Both the position numbers and the translations under genes were made by a program. Below are positions 63,565-64,000 of a DNA stretch of 64,000 bases, in pieces. Each line of letters begins with the position of its first letter. Positions within the stretch are counted from its first letter, which is position 1. This DNA is from Amphiscolops sp. MND2022 (lineage: Eukaryota): assembly GCA_964187785.1 (NCBI GenBank), contig OZ076409.1:82772001-82836000 (forward strand). The letters run 5' to 3'. The notes beneath the pieces are model-generated. The model was given only the letters and a program-made list of their open reading frames with translations. It did not search any database and was not told the DNA's origin.

Positions 63565-64000
63565 CACTAATCATAACTCATTATGAAATGATGCAAGAAA
63601 GAAAAATATAAATATTGTGATTAGAAAATGTAACATGAAAGAGTGGCTATCTTCTCTATTCAAATCTTATGATTTAAAATGTGACGAATATCAGGGTCTG
63701 TGTGCATTGAACTGAAACATGGAGATGTTATTTAAATCTCAATACTGATTCAATTGTTGTATATCATTGTACCAAGTTTTTATTTTGTACCAACATTTTA
63801 AGTTTTGAACAAGTTGAATTTTGCTAGCTTCGATGGGATCAACTCGTGGGATGACTATTTATGGTATTGACTGTTTATAAAATACATTTTAATTGATTAT
63901 TATCCAATTGGCTCCTCTGAAAAACATTTTTGAAACTAATTCATAAATTCCGATTTACTCTGACCCAAACGAGACGGAAACAGCTCAAAAAATGAACGAT

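Overview
Eukaryotic (animal-like, AT-rich, spliceosomal introns) repeat-rich window dominated by three large Ty3/Gypsy LTR retrotransposons with unusual cargo. Element A (1..7164) is the decayed 3' part of an element ending in a 690-bp LTR. Element B (12756..28612, ~15.9 kb) has ~1.7-kb LTRs that themselves carry coding sequence, gag joined to pol by a -1 slippery site and, after pol, an antisense, intron-containing gene whose product resembles a catalytically dead hAT transposase with a BED-type zinc finger, plus a divergent sense ORF pair running into the 3' LTR. Element C (44210..63307, 19.1 kb) has 718-bp LTRs with only 2 visible mismatches, a 3-kb leader, a tandem (degenerate + intact) aspartic protease, an integrase extended by two macrodomain-like modules, and a ~1360-codon third ORF with an SGNH-hydrolase-like domain in place of env. 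Element A is a distant relative of C with the same layout. Between them lie glycosyltransferase family 92-like pseudogenes (one in a 3-kb tandem duplication), Helentron-associated HINE/DINE-like elements (one split by element C), a foldback element and MITEs. Domain calls come from motif recognition by eye and need profile or structure searches to confirm.
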